Of a stretch of 64,000 bases of DNA, positions 58,841 through 64,000 are shown piece after piece (position 1 is the stretch's first letter; the number at the start of each line of letters is the position of its first letter). Under the pieces are notes generated by a model, which was not told where the DNA came from, did not search any database, and saw nothing but the letters and a program-made list of their open reading frames with translations. Position numbers and translations under genes: made by a program. Source of the DNA: Camelus ferus (Eukaryota); contig NC_045696.1 of assembly GCF_009834535.1 (NCBI RefSeq), forward strand, positions 85,252,001-85,316,000, given 5' to 3'.

Positions 58841-59084
58841 TGAAGAATCTCTTATCTTGGTTCTACCTTCTTTTTCACCATCTTCAACATAGAGGAGATA
58901 AATCATCCTGGTTCATCTTTGTTTTTGTCCATGTCTCATCTTTTCATCCTCCCCTTGTTCATCCTTCCCTTTTTCAGGTCTTTATCAATTTCAATAGTCC
59001 TCTATCTGGTCAGCCAGCCACCAATTTCTTCTTAAATTCTTTGTTCACGTGACCCCAGAGCTACCTTTCTAAAAAGTATCCATC

Positions 59085-60260
59085 CATTAATTTTTTTATT
59101 CACTCACATGTACAAAATATTTAATGAACATTTGCTGTATATCAGGCACTGTAACAGGCATTAGAGATGAAGTGACAAATAGGACACACCTAACTCCTTC
59201 TTATACAGTATACTTAGTAATGGGGGAGGCAGGCAAATAGCACATAAGTTTAACAAAGTAAGTATAAATGATAGTAAGTGCTTGGAAAGAAATGAACACA
59301 ATGAGAAGACAGAGTGTAACTAGAGGATTGAGGAGAGGCACAGTCTGGATAAGGATGTCTGGGAAGACCCCTCAGGGAGGATATTTGAGTTGAAGCCTGA
59401 AGAGAGAACAGAAGCTGGAGCTATCAGTCAGGTTTGTCTGCAGGAACTGAATCACTGGGAGTGATAAATGAGGGATTTCTTATAGGGATTTGAGCTCACA
59501 GGATGTGGGAGCTGACAAAGCCTATGTAAGGTTTCCATCTTTGCAGTCTGGTGCTGGAGGCTGAAGTCCACAGGCAGGAAGCTGGGAAGACGGATGTGAA
59601 GTGGAGAGAGTGAGGACACACTGGAACCGGTGAGGACGGACCAGACCCTGCGTCATTTCCCCCCACCTCCAAGTTACCAACCTTAATGATTCAAGTTACT
59701 TTCAGGAAAAGCTGGAACCCTCTAGGTGGAACTAAATATGTACCTAGTACAGGAGTAGAGGAAGCCAGAGGAGGACCTGGCAGTTTCTGGAGGAGTCGGA
59801 GGCTCTGCTGCTGCTCCTCGCTAACAAGAGGAGCCCGCTGAGAAGAGGAAAACCTGCGTGAACTACAACAGCACCTGCACACAGTTTCTTTGCACCAACT
59901 GGGTGTGAACAGAATATATCTGCTGCTCCTCTTTTGCCTTTTAAATCTCTCGTCAAGTATCTTTGTGTTTGCTTCTAATTTGGAACCTATGCAGAGAAGA
60001 GAACTCAGGGAAACGTGATTCCCACTTGGCTAAGTTGACATAATAAAATTCTCCGGCGCTAGGCAGGTAAGGAGTGGGGAAAACTGCATGCTAGGCTTCG
60101 GGACTAACGGGTGTGAAACCCCTGCAGCAGCAGTGTGTTTGGCATATTCGGGGAACTGAGAACGAGAGTGGCAGACAACAGTAAAGAGGCAGGAGAAGAG
60201 CACGGAGTGACATTAAAGAGGTGAACAGGCCGAGGTTCTGCCATGTCACACGGGCTGCGT
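59085..60260 (-). mobile_element. L2 (antisense) interrupted by an ERVL LTR41/LTR52-like LTR (~59420-60050)
   Basis: L2 tail cattcactcacatgtacaaaatatttaatgaacatt...caggcactgt. LTR motifs gggatttcttatagggattt...ctgaagtccacaggcagg...ggatgtgaagtggagagagtgaggacacactggaacc...gctaagttgaca. Confidence 0.65.
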
Positions 60261-61319
60261 AGGTGACAAATGGTCACCATTTCCTTCAAAGTCTTCTGTT
60301 TCCCCCCACAGTAAACCCAAGTTTCTTGACTTTGCATTCCAGCTGCTAAAATGGGGTTACAACATCGAAGTAAAGTGAGAATGCACAGAATGCTCTGAGT
60401 GCACACTGCAGTCACCTGGAGAGATCATAAATTTCCCATTCTTGGGCCTCACTGCTAGAGAGTATAGTTTTAATTGATCTGAGCTGTATTCCTGGTGTCG
60501 GCAGAACTAGAATAGCATTGAGGTAGGCTTATATCAGGGTACTCTTGAATGCTTGAGGGTTTTCATTAGCAATTAGGCCCTGGAAGATGATAAGTTAAGA
60601 TAACAAAAATAATTAATTGGAAATAAAATATTGAGTTTTTTTGTTTGTACTGTAACACATTAGAATTTTTCCAGCATCTGCTTGTACTCTTAGTAGGGAA
60701 AGGAAGTAGGTGGCTACTTCCATTTGAGATGACTGTCTATGAGGATAGGCTTGCAAGGCCACTTTCCTTGTCACCCTCCTTTTTATCCTAGGTTTTGAAT
60801 GAGGTCACTCTGTCTCTGCCTTCTACATACACCCTCCACCTCCTTCTACAGAAAATTAAGTAAGATGGACTATGGCCTGTGAGAGGATATATGAATTGCA
60901 TTTTATTCTCTACTGGACTCCTCAGATATGCACAGTATTAAATTTCATTAATATCAATGAGTATTTATATTAAGTATTAAATAGAAAAACTTCTTGGTAA
61001 CTGATTATACTTTGCTCCTGCTCTCACATTAAGGCATAGCAAAGGGGTGATGATGTGAAAAGAAACAGGATATGGTTAATTTTAAGTTTTCAACAGCAAG
61101 TTTTAAGTTTTGGTGGGAATGAGTTGCCTCCATCATTATCTACATGGTTCTGTTTCCCAACCTCAAATGATTCATTGTAATGTTACTAAGCCAACATTAG
61201 GTTTGGTTAACCTTCTTAATTTCATAGTAGTTATGTAGTAGATACTATACAGTATATAGATTTGTAGAATATATCTATATGGCTTTATAGAAGTAAGCAA
61301 TGACATAAGAGTAATGTCT

Positions 61320-61510
61320 CTTGATCAGACTGCTTCCCCCATCACATTACTGTGTAACTTGGGAAATCACTTCACTTCTTAGTGCCTTGTAGTCCTCATC
61401 AATGAAATAACAATAAAAATACCCCATAGGCTTATTGTGAATTGTGAAGATTAAATGAGTTTTGGAGCACTTGGAAAAGCACTGGACACAACATAAACTT
61501 GCTCTTAATA
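61320..61510 (+). mobile_element. MIR SINE
   Basis: ctgtgtaacttgggaaatcacttcacttcttagtgccttgtagtcctcatcaatgaaat...tgtgaagattaaatgag. Confidence 0.8.
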
Positions 61511-64000
61511 TGTGCATGTGTGTGTAAGCACACACATACATGCATGTGTCATGTTCTGCTGCCCTATATGCTTATATTTATAATTTTTATATATTTTAAA
61601 CAGTTATATAAACAATTTTGAAAGAAATACATAATTAAGCATTTTTAAAATTACCAGATAACATCACAGCATATTGCTCCTGAGGTTGTGCAGATTGAGA
61701 TATCTCAGCCTGCTCAGGGGAAGGAAAGTGAAGCTGCAGGTATTAAGCTTATTTATTCATTGTATCACTAAGAGATTTTGAGGTCTCGTATGGAAGAGAA
61801 GGGAAAGTTAGATTCTCATAACTGTCATGTACAGGATAGCATTTCAATTATTATGCTATTTGGGAAAGGTTATGGTCTCAAAAAGGTAATTTTTATTCAG
61901 CATTATTACAGGGTATGCGATTGATTCTATTCATTTCAGTAAAGGGAATCAGAATCATAGATGATGAATCTCTTTTCAAAGAAAAACACTTGCAGCTTTA
62001 GAAAGTAATTTATGAGGCTACATTCATGTCATGAACAGAATAAAGAATGACAGGAGTTAGCAGCATTGCCCATTATTTACCATGGTCTTCCTTTCCTTTC
62101 TCTGGTGTCTATTACTCTATGAAGTGGTGTTTATTGGTCCTTATTTTCCTCTTTTGTGTGGGAAGAACAATTGCTGTGCTCCCATCACAAGGTCGTGGTG
62201 GCCTTCCTCCTCCCCCTGCTGCTTTTTCCTGCTGTTATAAATTACACACACTGTACTGAATTCCACCCAGGAACAACGATCAAGATAAATGCTGCAACTA
62301 GGAGTTATCTTTATTGTTGTTGTTTTATTTTCATTGTTGTTATATAATATTGATATTGTATGTATATACAGTATTAGAAGATACAGTAAAGTCAGCAAAG
62401 GGAATAGCTACCTCGGATGTCTCCAGTTGTTCCAATGGGATAATACACACATGGAATCAGAATTTTTGAGCTATGGCAGACTTGAGAATTTGTCTAATCA
62501 AGGCTCTTCATTTTACAGAAGAGGAAAAAGAGGTCCAGTGAATTAACATGGACACAGCTGAGTTTAAGCCCCTTTCTTCCTAATAAACCTACTACGATGG
62601 CCAAAAAATAAAATCACCATAACCACAAGAAAAGACTGACAATTTACCTTAAGAGGCTAAATAATTATAACAGGAAACAGAGAACATGAAAAATGGTGGA
62701 AATAAAGGGAAAAAACTAAGAACAAAAGGCACTGCATGTACTTTATTCTAGAGAAAGTCTTCAGCAAAATGTGGCCAGATACCCTAGACTGATTAAGAGT
62801 CTCAAATCCATCCTGGCTACTAGAGAACAGTATAAACAGTACCTTTATTTATCTTCCCCAAATAGTCAAAGATCTAGAACTATCCCACGTGGATATAGTT
62901 GAAGAAATTGTTGACACTTGATTTTAAAAGAGAGGACTTTTATGAATACAATAGTGGTATTTATAACTTTTGAAGTACCGTCTAATGAAAAGAGTATCAA
63001 ATAGTACATGAAACTGTAGAGAAAACTAGAAGAAATACATGAATCTAGAAAAGAGACGCTTTCTAAATACAAACATAAAAGAATCAGAAAGCTAGCAGCC
63101 CAGTCCTGGGAGTGTTCACACAGGAGGAGGAGGAAGACCTGTTAGGGACCAGATGACCAACACACCTTCAAGACAATAAGTAACTGCAGGTTCTTTCAAA
63201 TAACACTGAAGACCTTCCCACAAAGATTATATGATTCATGACATAAAATAAGACACACATAGCTCACTTGGTAGATGGATACTCAAAATGAACAGTTGAA
63301 CGTAAAACAACTGGGTTAGGGTATTAAATGGTCTGTTCCTTCTCCTCTACTTAAACATTATCATTCTTTAGGATCTGTTTTAGACCTGTTTTCCCCAGGA
63401 CAATTTCTGTTTTCAGCTGCCGTGCAATTATCTTAACATCATTTACCATAATGTATTGGTTAGACCCCAGAAACATATTTAGGGACTTAACTTTCTTCTC
63501 TATAAACTCCTACCAATATACTTATAAAAATTAAGCAAATTCAGAATTTACCATTTTATAACATTATTATAACTTGTGGTCTGCCACAGTCTTGAGGCCT
63601 GTGGTCTTCCAGGCTACTATGTAAAGAACTCTAGAAATACAGGTCAACAGGAAAAAAAATTAAAAATCATGTGATCCTGACTCAGTGAATAATTTGGATG
63701 AATGGAAAGTCATAATACAACAGAAAAATATCAAGAAAGACTTTACTTTCACAATATCACTCATGGGTCACTCACTCAACAAACATTTAACAAATATCAA
63801 CTCTACAAATATTTCTATAGCAGCTGCTATGGTTCTGCAGATAAGACTTTCTCTTTTCCTTATCCTTATGTAAAAATATTTACCATAAGGACTAATTTAT
63901 TTAGTACTTACATTTTTGCTAGTCACTGTGCCAACCTCCAAATATAAATCATCTCACCATATTTTCACAGCAATTGCATAAAGAGAAATATTTCTTTTTT

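Noticed and set aside
59691..60415. GC-richer ORF cluster suggesting an exon or promoter
   Set aside because: Explained by an ERVL LTR and L2. It is not a CpG island.

Overview
AT-rich, CpG-poor mammalian genomic DNA, most likely camelid. This is inferred from a young L1 3' end resembling camelid L1s and from seeing no Alu, Bov-tA, PRE1 or SINEC elements. The + strand carries the 3' part of the butyrylcholinesterase gene BCHE: the end of intron 2, exon 3 (15317-15483), a 5.7 kb intron 3, and exon 4 (coding 21223-21347) with its 3' UTR. About 42 kb of repeat-rich intergenic DNA follows. It contains a full-length, decayed processed pseudogene of PMM2 on the - strand (about 39437-41884) inserted into an old L1. 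The rest is mostly L1, L2, MIR, MaLR/ERV LTRs, hAT and Tigger-like DNA transposons, and microsatellites. Almost all ORFs in the supplied track are spurious. I do not see a convincing new multi-gene biological system. The most notable observations are: the PMM2 retrocopy carrying several substitutions identical to human PMM2-CDG alleles; a 5S rRNA fragment flanked by inverted repeats just upstream of BCHE exon 3; Val at the BChE K-variant position; an L1-in-L1 insertion with an apparent 3' transduction; and a probable ancient CR1 relic. Repeat family names are from recalled consensus motifs, and their boundaries are approximate.
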